50,434 nt of DNA. Origin: Candidatus Thalassarchaeaceae archaeon (lineage in GTDB: Archaea > Thermoplasmatota > Poseidoniia > Poseidoniales > Thalassarchaeaceae). Below are positions 1-10,500 of the stretch, in pieces (the first letter of the stretch is position 1; the number at the start of each line of letters is the position of its first letter). Location of the stretch: contig CBFIAW010000001.1 in assembly GCA_965660655.1 (NCBI GenBank), positions 1 through 50,434 on the forward strand. The letters run 5' to 3'. The notes beneath the pieces were generated by a model, which did no database searches, had not been told where the DNA came from, and saw only the letters and a program-made list of their open reading frames with translations. The translations under genes and the position numbers were made by a program.

Positions 1-708
1 AATTGGGATTACGGCTGCAGTCAATAACCATACAACGCTCAAAATTTCATTCAGAAACGTAATGTTGTCGCTCTCGATTATTTGCGGATGAAATATTGCT
101 GAGATTTGGAATAAGATTTTGAATGCGCTTACTGCAATATGGATGCCGGTAATAATTTTTGATTGAAGCTGTTCTTTTTTTGTTAATTCAGTTACAAATT
201 GGTAATAAATGTAATTTTTAGCGCTCAGAATTGATAATCCAAGAATTAAGAATGTGAAAGGGAGTGTGTGGATTGCTACGTTTTCTTCGGGCGTTATTGC
301 AAATATTGTACTAAATACAGTAAATGAAAATATTTCCATTACAGTACATATTGTATAAAATGCGTATCGGTTCTTTTCAATGTCATTAAGGGCCTTTTCA
401 TGATAGACACGTAACCAACAAGAAATGGAATAAGATGTCAATAAAAGATAATTTATGGCCCACAAAGAAGGCAATAGATAGTTGCCAGGTGGATGATCAA
501 AAAAGATGCAGATACTATTAGACCCAAATGTGTCAATCAATATATTATCATGAAAATCAACATCAGAATGATGTTTTGTAAAATACCAACCAAAACCTAC
601 AATTAACCAAAAAAAGAGATAGGAATAGATTCTTAACAACTCTGGATTTATTGACCAAGTAACTTTTCCGTTTTCTAAATCAATGGTCTTACTAATTGCA
701 AATTTCAT
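1..708 (-). CDS. Polytopic membrane protein of unrecognised family, truncated by the left window edge (first 236 codons present)
   Basis: Missing from the ORF track only because it has no in-window stop. Hand reverse-complement of 1..708 gives ATG (708..706) MKFAISKTIDLENGKVTWSINPELLRIYSYLFFWLIVGFGWYFTKHH...ILSVVWLLTAAVIPI. That is 236 sense codons with no stop, in DNA of roughly 30% G+C where random frames close quickly. Several hydrophobic segments of about 20 residues. Confidence 0.6.
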   Translation of the reverse strand, partial: MKFAISKTIDLENGKVTWSINPELLRIYSYLFFWLIVGFGWYFTKHHSDVDFHDNILIDTFGSNSICIFFDHPPGNYLLPSLWAINYLLLTSYSISCWLRVYHEKALNDIEKNRYAFYTICTVMEIFSFTVFSTIFAITPEENVAIHTLPFTFLILGLSILSAKNYIYYQFVTELTKKEQLQSKIITGIHIAVSAFKILFQISAIFHPQIIESDNITFLNEILSVVWLLTAAVIPI

Positions 709-743
709 GTTAAGACTCCAAAGGTTGTTGTATTTTCCTCCGA

Positions 744-1805
744 CTAACGCTCAGACCACATCTGAAGCCATGCGCCAATGTTCCTGTCGACGTCATCGTT
801 CGAGATTCCTCTATCTGCCACCTCTAGACCGTCGATTGGCTTTATCCGACACCCGCAAGCATTTGCATGCCCCCCTCCGTCCGGATCGAAACGGGTTGCT
901 AACGCGGTCAAGTCGTATATCCCACCACCTCGATGAAGGAATGAATTGGTGTAGAATGATGCCGAGACGGGGTAATTGTCACCTTCGCCAAACGTTGCAC
1001 CCAAATCACCATGAATCACCATGCAAGCATCACACTTGTCACCAGCCATGGCAGTAACTTGGTAGCCGTTCGACCGGATCCCCGTTCCATCCAACCTAAC
1101 GATTGCCATCCGGTCCTCGACTAGCATGCTATCCCGAATTGCATCAATGAGAACCCCCATATCTCTCCTTTTCTCAGAAACAATCCCCGAAATTTCTGGA
1201 TTGGATAATATGCTATCTACAGCGACACCTCCTTGCAAATCCTCGAGGATTCTCATTGCCGTCCCATCTCCCGAATCGATAACTCTGCTAAGCCACAAAA
1301 CAGGAATATCCGATAGATACTCCTCTTGGGAAATCATCCCACTATCGAGTTTGTCTACCCATTCTAGAAGACCTTCAAGATCCGACAGATCGACCCGCTC
1401 TGAGAAAATCTCGTACGCAATCCGCGCTGCCGAGGGGCTATCTCTCCAAATTATCACCGCGCCCTCGTCCTCTCCGTGTGGTTTGTTGGATTGGTGATGG
1501 TCAATACTCAGCCCACAACTAGGGTGCATTGGTAGATCACAAACAGCAGTCCAACGGTCGATTATTCCATCGAACACACCCGCTCTCAACTCTCCTGGAT
1601 GCCCGAATATGACTTCTGCATCAGTCCACCAGCGTCGAAGTATAGCCCCGGTTACAACCCCATCAAGATCACCATCTGTGACAATCCGCCTAATTTCCAA
1701 ATCGAACGGGGACACTGCCATATCTACGGGCAAGCAATCACGCCAATGGTGGTTTCGGATTTCAGGAACACGTTCACGGAAGGTTTTCATCCCTAACCGA
1801 AGCAT
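744..1805 (-). CDS. DHH/DHHA1-family phosphoesterase (NrnA-like / small RecJ-like)
   Basis: 353-aa ORF with DHH-family motifs in canonical order: DGDLDG Asp cluster, SIDHHQ (DHH) and a DHHA1-type GGGHANACG near the C-terminus. The size fits NrnA-like enzymes rather than full-length RecJ/GAN. Alternative start at Met6 (1790). Confidence 0.85.
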   Translation of the reverse strand: MLRLGMKTFRERVPEIRNHHWRDCLPVDMAVSPFDLEIRRIVTDGDLDGVVTGAILRRWWTDAEVIFGHPGELRAGVFDGIIDRWTAVCDLPMHPSCGLSIDHHQSNKPHGEDEGAVIIWRDSPSAARIAYEIFSERVDLSDLEGLLEWVDKLDSGMISQEEYLSDIPVLWLSRVIDSGDGTAMRILEDLQGGVAVDSILSNPEISGIVSEKRRDMGVLIDAIRDSMLVEDRMAIVRLDGTGIRSNGYQVTAMAGDKCDACMVIHGDLGATFGEGDNYPVSASFYTNSFLHRGGGIYDLTALATRFDPDGGGHANACGCRIKPIDGLEVADRGISNDDVDRNIGAWLQMWSER

Positions 1806-1814
1806 GCTGTCGCA

Positions 1815-2249
1815 ATGCAGAGCAAACCCGGGCCCCTAGAGACCTCATGCGGTTTCATCTTGCTAAACTTCGACAGCATATTGCTGCTCCAGTATCCTCA
1901 GGGGCACTGGAGTTTCCCGAAGGGGCACGTAGAGAAGGCGGACTCCGACCATCATTCAACTGCCCTTCGCGAACTCACCGAGGAGACTGGAATCTCAGAA
2001 GTCAGTATCGATAAATCGTGGTGCGAAAAGACCGAGTACACATTTGTCAAGAGAGGCAGGCAAACCCCGAAGCAGGTCTACTGGTACCTAGCCGAGACGG
2101 ATGAAATTGACGTGAAACTCTCTCATGAGCATTCTAACTACCTCTGGCTGCAGTTGGACGATGCCGAGGAACAAATTACATTCGAACAGGAGAAGGACCT
2201 TCTCCGTTCTGCCCGCAAACATCTCCGTTCAAGCGGGAGAAACCTATGA
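1815..2249 (+). CDS. Nudix hydrolase (Ap4A-hydrolase-like)
   Basis: 144-aa ORF. FPKGHVEKADSDHHSTALRELTEETGI contains the Nudix core RELTEETGI (REUxEExGU). Length and the FPKGH context resemble small bis(5'-nucleosyl)-tetraphosphatase-type Nudix proteins. Confidence 0.85.
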   Translation: MQSKPGPLETSCGFILLNFDSILLLQYPQGHWSFPKGHVEKADSDHHSTALRELTEETGISEVSIDKSWCEKTEYTFVKRGRQTPKQVYWYLAETDEIDVKLSHEHSNYLWLQLDDAEEQITFEQEKDLLRSARKHLRSSGRNL

Positions 2250-2861
2250 CGGGTCCTCTCTTTTCCCAAGCGGGGTCCACAGAGACTCCTCTTCCCCGGT
2301 ATTCTTCGTTATCCACCTTGCAAGAACAAAAAGCCAGTCTGAGATTCTATTTAGGTAACAAATCACCTCATCTCTGACAGATCCATCGCCTTCGATGTCT
2401 CTTAGGTGACAAGCCTCTCTTTCTGCCCTCCTAGCTACTGTTCTTGCTACATGTAGAAACGATACCGGGGCCGACCCCATTGGCAAGATGAATGACTCTA
2501 GTGGCGTCAGTTCTTCGATCCATTGATCCATCTCGTGGATTAATCGATCACATTGTTCCATTCCCAATAGGGACATTTGTTCGGGAATCTTCCCCGGGGT
2601 ACACGCGCATTCGCCACCCAGATCAAATAGATCCTGTTGTACTCTCGTCAACGACTCATCGGCCTCATCGGGCCGATGGAATCTTGTTACGCCCGGCATT
2701 CTTTCGAATTCCATCCTAACCACTCCCACGTAGGAGTTCAATTCGTCAATTGTCCCGAATAGACCCACCCTGGCGCTTTCCTTTCCAACCTTCGATCCGT
2801 CTAGAAGGAAGGTCTCGCCCCCGTCACCGGTTCCGGTGTGAACCCTGTTAATCCGGACCAT
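2244..2861 (-). CDS. pduO: PduO-type ATP:cob(I)alamin adenosyltransferase
   Basis: 205-aa ORF with N-terminal RVHTGTGDGGET (PduO/MMAB ATP-binding TxxGDxGxT motif) and family-typical length. Its 3' end overlaps the convergent Nudix gene by 6 nt. Confidence 0.85.
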   Translation of the reverse strand: MVRINRVHTGTGDGGETFLLDGSKVGKESARVGLFGTIDELNSYVGVVRMEFERMPGVTRFHRPDEADESLTRVQQDLFDLGGECACTPGKIPEQMSLLGMEQCDRLIHEMDQWIEELTPLESFILPMGSAPVSFLHVARTVARRAEREACHLRDIEGDGSVRDEVICYLNRISDWLFVLARWITKNTGEEESLWTPLGKREDPS

Positions 2862-2895
2862 GGATGCCCGAGGGGTTCCATGCTTTCAATCGTAC

Positions 2896-3597
2896 TCAGA
2901 TTGGCACTGAATCCAAAAGCCCCTCTTTGACCGCCTGAGCCCACGAAGAATCAACAGACTCCCAACCCCCCAAACTCTCCAACTCCAATAGGTTCCTTTC
3001 CTCATCATCCGAGTTCCCCAGATGCCTATGAATCAGAATCAGAGCTGCATGGCTCATTGAATTAATCCACTTATCTTCCACGTCCCATGATCTCTCAAAG
3101 TGGGCAATTGCCCCATTGGGGCCGAGAATAAGCCCCCTGTGAATCTGCCTCAGACCCGACTTCGACCATGCAATGCCCGGCACCCCTATCACAAGACCCC
3201 TGAAGGCAATGTACAACTCTATTGTCACCATGGTGCTAGCTAGAACGAATGAACCGATTTGCTCCGTCTGATCGGCCACCCCCCACCTCGAGGAGAGCAG
3301 GCTTATCCCCCCAACGCAGAACAGTATGCCAGCCAGAGGCGCAACAATGACATCTGTCTTCATTATGCTCATATCCCTAATTCCTGAAATAACGAAGAAA
3401 GCCCCCAGAAAAACTGAAACCGCTGCTGGTAGGTCCTCACCAGTTCCATCCGGGCTCGTGCTCGAGATCCAAAGAATCAGAGCACCAATAAAGAGAACAA
3501 TAGCAAAGCGATTGCCCTTTTCTGGGAATGGTTGGAGCCTGCTTAGATAGTAGCAATATGCTCCCAGACCAGATAGCAGAACAATCCACAGTAGCAT
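2896..3597 (-). CDS. Hypothetical membrane protein (about 5 TM segments plus a C-terminal soluble domain of about 90 aa)
   Basis: 233-aa ORF. Hydrophobic stretches run through residue about 140. Its start abuts the stop of the upstream 105-aa ORF (3598), suggesting co-translation. No family recognised. Confidence 0.6.
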   Translation of the reverse strand: MLLWIVLLSGLGAYCYYLSRLQPFPEKGNRFAIVLFIGALILWISSTSPDGTGEDLPAAVSVFLGAFFVISGIRDMSIMKTDVIVAPLAGILFCVGGISLLSSRWGVADQTEQIGSFVLASTMVTIELYIAFRGLVIGVPGIAWSKSGLRQIHRGLILGPNGAIAHFERSWDVEDKWINSMSHAALILIHRHLGNSDDEERNLLELESLGGWESVDSSWAQAVKEGLLDSVPI

Positions 3598-3915
3598 TTA
3601 TTCTTCCACCTTGCTACCCCATCCAGCTTTCCAAAAATCCTCATTATCCAGTATCAGGGTCCATTCTGAATTCCCTGCATCGATTAGCAACAATGATCTC
3701 CTTTCCAGGCCGCTAAGCAAAGAGTCGTCAATCTCTCCATCAGAGTGAGCCTTTCGCCATTTTGCTCTGATTTCCTCGACTTCTAATTGCCCCTCAACTC
3801 TTTGATCGAAATTCCTCTCGCAAACCTCTCTGAGATCCTGAATCCACATTTTCGAACCCCTGATATGCGGTTCGCTATGGAAACTCTTCTTCTTCCGGAA
3901 AGGCGACCATCCCAT
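3598..3915 (-). CDS. Hypothetical small soluble protein
   Basis: 105-aa ORF with window-typical codon usage, directly abutting the downstream membrane-protein gene. Possible alternative start at Met23. No family recognised. Confidence 0.5.
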   Translation of the reverse strand: MGWSPFRKKKSFHSEPHIRGSKMWIQDLREVCERNFDQRVEGQLEVEEIRAKWRKAHSDGEIDDSLLSGLERRSLLLIDAGNSEWTLILDNEDFWKAGWGSKVEE

Positions 3916-3966
3916 GCTACGGGTGGACGCCTATGCTCAATGTCTTGATGCTTTGTGAAGTCCTAA

Positions 3967-4422
3967 GTGCCGATGACCATACGAGCCCCCATGGGCCGAG
4001 TGATCGTACATTTGGACAGCAATCCCAAAGATGGGTCAATTGCCTCTATTATCAGGGAGTATGAGGAAAGAGTAAGATCCAGGGGGATCTCAGTTCAATT
4101 TTCCGAAAAAAGAGGGAGCGACAACTACGAATCAGAACTGTCCGACCTACCCGGGCATCTAGTTCTACTAGACGAGAGGGGGATTTCGATGACCAGTGAG
4201 GAAATGGCTAATTGGCTTCATTCAGCACAACTCGATAGTAAAAAAACAAACATAGCAGTAGGTCCCCCTGATGGATTCAGCAAGGAAATTAGGGGCTCAG
4301 CCGATCAAATCATGTCTCTATCTTCTCTCACGCTAACCCACGAAATGGCCGGCGCCTTACTCATGGAGCAACTCTACAGGGCCTCGGAAATCAACAGAGG
4401 AACGGCATATCACAGGAAGTGA
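3967..4422 (+). CDS. rlmH: 23S rRNA (pseudouridine-N3)-methyltransferase RlmH (SPOUT family)
   Basis: 151-aa ORF with the RlmH/COG1576 pattern: LVLLDERG, IAVGPPDGFS and C-terminal THEMAGALLMEQLYRA...GTAYHRK. GTG at 3967 or ATG at 3973. Confidence 0.8.
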   Translation: MPMTIRAPMGRVIVHLDSNPKDGSIASIIREYEERVRSRGISVQFSEKRGSDNYESELSDLPGHLVLLDERGISMTSEEMANWLHSAQLDSKKTNIAVGPPDGFSKEIRGSADQIMSLSSLTLTHEMAGALLMEQLYRASEINRGTAYHRK

Positions 4423-4482
4423 CCGTATCGAGATGATACATCGGCGTCACTGTGATACTGAACCCTCTGTAGCACACCACCT

Positions 4483-4490
4483 ATTCATAA
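4483..4490 (+). promoter_or_regulatory. Candidate TATA-like box ATTCATAA upstream of the giant gene
   Basis: ATTCATAA lies 41 nt before the GTG (4531) and 50 nt before the ATG (4540). The identical 8-mer sits 44 nt before the rpl18e start. The spacing is compatible with an archaeal TATA box plus a short SD-containing leader. Confidence 0.25.
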
Positions 4491-4530
4491 GCATGTAGAA
4501 TCGGGCCATTACTCTACCCGAGGGTAAGCA

Positions 4531-7500
4531 GTGATTTGCATGAATAGCAAGGAAGAGAGAAACACAAAGAAGAGAATACTACCAGCGATTTCGATAATCG
4601 CACTAATGCTCCTGAGCACTCAGCTTTCCCTACTATCGGAGTCAGGCGATGCAGCAGAAAAAACGGGAACTGACGACATACCCAAGAGAACGGCCTATCA
4701 GCAGCTTGAGCAGTTCGGCGGGCCCGTCCAGGGCGAGAACCAAAACCAGCCAGCGTCCACCAACCCATTCCAAGAGGCTGCCTTCCAGGATCCATTCTAC
4801 AACGATCCAGCCGCCATTTACGGGAAGGTTTCGGATACCTCGGCCCTTGCCCTTGATCCAAGTTACGGCTTCTTCCTCGAGGAGACCAACACCGAGGACC
4901 ACGACAACGACGGAATCGACGATCTGAACGATTTGGATGACGACAACGACGGAATCAACGATCTCATCGAGAGGTTCGATGGATGTTACGGGACAGGCCC
5001 GTTGGACCACGACAACGACGGAATCCAAGACGAGTTTGACTGGGACGATGACAACGACGGCATTCTCGAGGGGCCTGTGGACTACTCCCAGGGCATCGAT
5101 CCGTGGAACGTCTCATCGGACCGCCACGTCGATCCCAGTACCGTTCACCCGTGGACAGGACAGGCTGTCGGATTCAACTACCTAGTAGACCAGAACCCAA
5201 TGGATCACGACAACGATGGAATTCCCGACGAAGACATCGATGGTTCGGGTCGAGGATCCTATGACGAGGACGACGACAACGACGGAAGAATAGACCAGTT
5301 CGTCTGGCCATGCGATTTCGACTCTGATGGCATCCAGGACTACTTCGATCTGGACGACGACAACGATGGAGTAGACGACATCTCGGATATCCACCCATGG
5401 GACTCAGAGCAGACGGCATCCATATCATCTGCTTCGGGCATACTCTGGGATGACTGGGTGCGATGGGATCCAGAGGATTACTCGGAATACGTGGACGGCC
5501 TCGACTACGTCGCTCTCCACGCCCTTGAACACCCGAGGGAGCAGGCATTCTCAGAAATCGTCGATGGGGACCTCGATGGGGACGGTATCCCGAACTTCCT
5601 CGATCCAGACAACGACAATGACGGAGCTCCCGACTCATCAGATACGGACGATGACAACGACGGCCTCGCCGACATGTACGATGTCGATGACGACAACGAT
5701 GGAATACCCGACTCATGCAGGCAACTCGACACCAACGGAGATGGGCAGGGAGACTACCCGACCCAAGCGTTCAACGGTTCGGTGGTCCCTATCCAGACCC
5801 CTGGAACCGATTGCGAAATCGACTACGACGGAGACTTGGATGACGACAGATTCAGGTCCATAGATGCGGATTACGACATGGTGTGGGACTGGCTAGACAC
5901 CGATATGGGCGGGTCCGCAAATCCTGACAATCTGTTCGGTGGGTCCCAGCCATGGGACTCCGACAATGACGGTCTCGAAAATGAATTCGACCCATACCCC
6001 CTCAACTCATCGGCGGAGGTAGCTACATGGGACTGCGCTAGCGTTTCCAACCCCAACCCCCAGAATCCCAGTGACAAATGCGTACTCTGGAGGACCTCCT
6101 ACACCGGATTCAATGACTGGGACGGCGACGGATTGAACAACTGGGTAGACATAGACGACGACGGCGACGGAATCCTCGACTGGCTCGACATAGACCCCGA
6201 CTGCGACTTGGATAACGATGCGGACCTACATGAGCTCAACGGCTCCATGTACAGGGATGACGGTGCAAACGACATCGATACCGACGTGGATGGGGATGGC
6301 TTGGCGAACGACGAGGACTGGGATGACGACAACGACGGAATCAACGACTTCTACGATCCCGATGACGGAAACTGCGGCATTGTTGACACGGACAACACGG
6401 ACAACTTCTGGGGCAACAGTTGGCCTCAGAACGACGGGGACTCAATAGACGGCTCCGAGGACAGCGACGCATACGTAGCCGTCCCCCACTACTACTGGAA
6501 CCTCACTTGGGGATTCAACCCATTCAACGAGGATAACAGCTTCATGCTCAACTACAACGGATATGACCCGACCTCTCTCGACTCGGTCAGTGGAATAATC
6601 CCAGAGATGTACTGGTTCCTGATGATGAAGTGGAGTCCCTACAACGGTGGCAACTTCTTCGACATAGACGATGATGGTGACTCGTTGGTGAATGGGATCG
6701 ACGTAGACCAGGATGGTGACGGGATGCCCGACTGGTGGGACCAGGACGAGGGCAATGATGGGATATTGGACGTCAATGACGTGAAGATGGGCGGTTCTCT
6801 CGATGGCAACTCCTGTGGAACAGTACTCCTCGACGCCATACAGGAGAGATTCTGTGGGCACATCTACGGATACATGTTCATGGCACCGCTGCTAACCCCG
6901 ACGCGGTCGGGAGGACAAGAGTTCACAGTGCCTTACAGCACAAGACCGGATGCAGAATGGGATGACTCTAATGGTGATGGGTATGACGGCGGCAACCATC
7001 CCACTGGGTTGGGAAGCTGCGACATGAACTGCTTCTACTTCACCTTCGACCCATCCAGCAACCCAACGCCCATGGTGGCCTACACATATGCCGACATGAA
7101 GCACAATCGAGACCTCTGGATAGCATATCTGGGCGTCGAATACTTCGGCTTCTTCGAATGGACTTCCGATGTCAACAACAATTTCTTCCCAGATGAGATT
7201 GCAGACCATCTGAACGATGACGTCGACCCAGACATAGATTGCGGCCAACCAATGCCCGACGTCTCATGGGTCCCTAACTGCATGTACAACAACACAAATG
7301 ACCTCGATGATGACTGGGACATTGTCTACGATCACTTCGACGTCGATGATGACAATGACGGAATCTGGGACTACTTCGAAGTCGACAGCAACGACGATTT
7401 CGACGATGACGCAACCGTGGAGGAGCCATACTACTTCACAGGGAGCAACTGCGAAGACAACGACGATGACGGCCTTGACACCGACCCGGACGATGACGGG

Positions 7501-10500
7501 ATATACCAAGCGGTCTGGGACAAAGGCGTGCTCGGACAGGCGCTCCTCTTCCCAGAGTACTATGACGTGGACAACGACAACGACGGAGTACCAGACGGTG
7601 AAGATCCAGACGACGACAACAACGGGCTGCTAGATGAGATCCAAGAGACCTTCCCCGGTTGTTTCACCGGGGAGGAGCAGAGTACATGGGACCACGACAA
7701 CGACGGAATCGTGAACTGGGCCGATGACGACTGGGACGGAGACGGAATCCCCAACTCCCTGGAGCTCCAGAATCTCAATGATACGCATGGAACGGCTGAT
7801 CCATTTGACGATACCTGCTGTCTGAACTTCCCAATTGCCCCTTGGGACCACGACAACGACGGCATCCGGGACGACTTCGACGACGATGACGATTACGATG
7901 GGATGAAGGACGAGGACGAAGTGATGCTTTGGCCTTCGAGATTCGGTTCAGAGTCCACCAACCCATGGGATCACGACGACTTCGGAGGAGGGGTCGGGCT
8001 GGCCAATCCGGCAAACAACTCGACTGGACCAGACTACTTCGACATGGACGACGACAACGATGGGAGGGAGGATGCGGATTGGAACAACCCGTCTTCTGGC
8101 GACTGGGCCACACCGGCAAACAAGATAGAGGAAGCATCCGGATTGAGCTCCGATTGGGACTCCGACAACGACGGCATACTGGATCACGACGACAAGGTCC
8201 CCACCAGGATCACCCTGACCGCGCAACCGGTGCTGTGGTTGGATGAGACGACACCAGCGATATTCAACGGCTCAGTATACTGGCTGGATGACACCGGCTT
8301 CGTGCCCGCGCCAGACCTCCCGGTCCAAGTCCACATCCGATACACCGCGAATGGGACCTCGGTGATCGAGACAATAGACGTGCTGACCAATGAGAACGGG
8401 GAGTACATCGTCGGGCAGTTCCTGTTCCCGGAGGACATCGATGTCGGCCCCAACTCAACCTACGAGGTATACTCAGAGGTAACGGAGATGTTCATCCACG
8501 ATTACAGCTCCACTCTGACGGATTCCGACGGTGATGGCATCGGGGACTCGGGCTACCCGGTCGAGGTAAGAGCGAACACCACTATTGGATTCGTCTCCGG
8601 ACAGAGGTTCCGGGCCGATGAGCAGCCCCTGAAGCTCGATTTCAAAGTCCACTACACGGCAGACTACAACCGTGGAATTTTCGACAACAGACTCCAATAC
8701 GCACCAGTATCCTTCACCATTAGCGACCCTGGGACCCAGTTCGGGAACATCACCGAACCAACGGTATACGATGGTTACGGAAGCGGGTACAGAGCGGACT
8801 CCGGCGGTTGGGTTTCATTGGCATACAACCAGTCGCTAGACCTTTGGGAGCAAGTTCAGTGGAACTCCCTCCTGGACAATGGCCCTGGAATACCCACAGG
8901 GGGTTACGAGGAGATAGTGTGGAACCCGTGCGCGCCTCTCAATCCAGTAGGTTCCCACTCAGTCCTATCTCCGTATGAATACAAGAACACCACTCTTCCG
9001 ATCGGAGACTACAACTTCATCGGATACGCCCGACCGGATCTCGGCGTTTGTACCGATGGCTCTTACGAGTGGCCATGGGCACACCTAGAGGGTTCCAAGA
9101 CTGACACGTTCTTCATTCGCGCTATGCACAGGATGTATATCGAGGCGGAGATGTTCGCATCCTCGTTCAGGCCCGTTTACTTCTGGGACGCGACACAGTT
9201 CACAGGCTCCTCCTTCGGAGCCTGGAGAGCCCTGTTCCACGCCCCCTCCCTCGCAAACGCGGGAACCACATTCGAGGAGGCCGGGCTCGGAAAGCCGTAC
9301 CCAATCCTCTGGGATGGCTCGCCAGCCGAACTGTCAGGAATTGCAGCAGGGGCACTCTCCCCCTTCCTGTCCTCGAACGGGACGCACTGGGCCATCACGT
9401 TGCAGAATGGAGCCGATTTCGACTCCCCCCCATGCGGGCCCGTCGATCCCCTGACATCATCCAGCGAAGTCCGATGCGAGATCGTTCCCGAGGTTTTCAC
9501 TGGCGAGTCGATCAGGGTCAGGGGTCACGTATGGAACAGGACCCTAGACCCCGTGTACGAGATAAACGGCAACCCCATTTCCGTCGCACTTCAGTTCGAC
9601 TTCGACCAAAACGGGGTGTTCGTTGGGTCGCTTGAGACCCAACACAACAGATGGCCAACCCCCGTCGGCGGCCTGGCAACCTTCGACTACAGCCAAACTT
9701 GGGAGAACTGGGTGCAAGCGGGAACATTCGGAGTGAGGGCAGACTTCAGCCAACCTGACTACTTCTTCACAGGAGACCAGGACCAGGTTCTTGCTGCCAC
9801 CGGTGCCTATGGTAACGTTTCCGTGATAGGTACGACCGAATTCGACAGAACCTCACTGAACTCCCTGCCTCGTCTGTACAGAGGGCAAAACACGTCGGTC
9901 CAGGTTCGCCTGGTCGACAATGCCTACCAACCAGTGAGAGAGGTGCCTGTGAACTGGACATGGTCCGAGGACCAATCTAGCGGAATCGCAATCACCGACA
10001 ACAACGGCCAGTTCATGGTCAACCTGACGAATATCGACAACCTAGGGAACTACACCCTCGGGTTCACGTATCTCGGAGACGAGCGCCGTCAGGGAACCTA
10101 TTCCGAGGTCGGCCTATGGGTCGTCTCTAGGACATTCATCTTCGTTGATTCCGTGAGCCCGAACATCAGATCAAGTGGCGATGAATGGAGATTCACGGCT
10201 GTGGTGACGGATGATAACAGAACCCCATTCTTGAAGGACGGGGGAGCGGAACTGAACACTAGGGGCCAGGATAACGATTGCGAACCAATGCAAGGGAACG
10301 GGTACGACTTAGGGGGGAACGTCACCATTATTTTCGAAGGGATAGACTTCGAGGATAGGACCCACAGGCAGATTGTAAACGTGACTTGCCCGTCTTCTGG
10401 GAACATTTTCTATGAAACAATCCTCGATCCGCAACTCCTGAAGGACGACCCATTCTCATACCTCCCTGATGGCTTCGGACCGGTGAACGTAATCATAAGG

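Noticed and set aside
683-1839. Plus-strand ORFs 683..1057, 1126..1497, 1599..1796 and 1609..1839.
   Set aside because: All are antisense to, or out of frame with, the DHH phosphoesterase gene, which has clear family motifs. Their products have no recognisable features.
4423-4465. AGATGATAC ... CTGTGATACTGA after rlmH looked like C/D-box sRNA elements; there is also a small GTATC/GATAC hairpin.
   Set aside because: The box C match is imperfect (ATGATAC versus RUGAUGA). The C-to-D distance of about 30 nt is too short for guide regions, and no terminal stem is present. The hairpin has only 5 bp.
4896-8547. Could the regularly recurring 22-27 nt repeats be a CRISPR array or a mobile-element repeat?
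   Set aside because: The repeats are in frame within a coding sequence and encode the same DxDxDG motif. Their spacing is irregular, and no cas genes or leader are present.
4642-8697. Dozens of 60-180-aa ORFs in alternate frames and on the minus strand across the giant gene's repeat region (for example 5174..5716-, 6442..6861-, 7298..7633+, 7775..8137-).
   Set aside because: Their products are low-complexity (V-, S-, T-, R- or C-rich) translations of the GAC/GAT/AAC-rich repeat DNA. They all lie inside one continuous 2,645-codon frame with coherent domain structure, so they are shadow ORFs.
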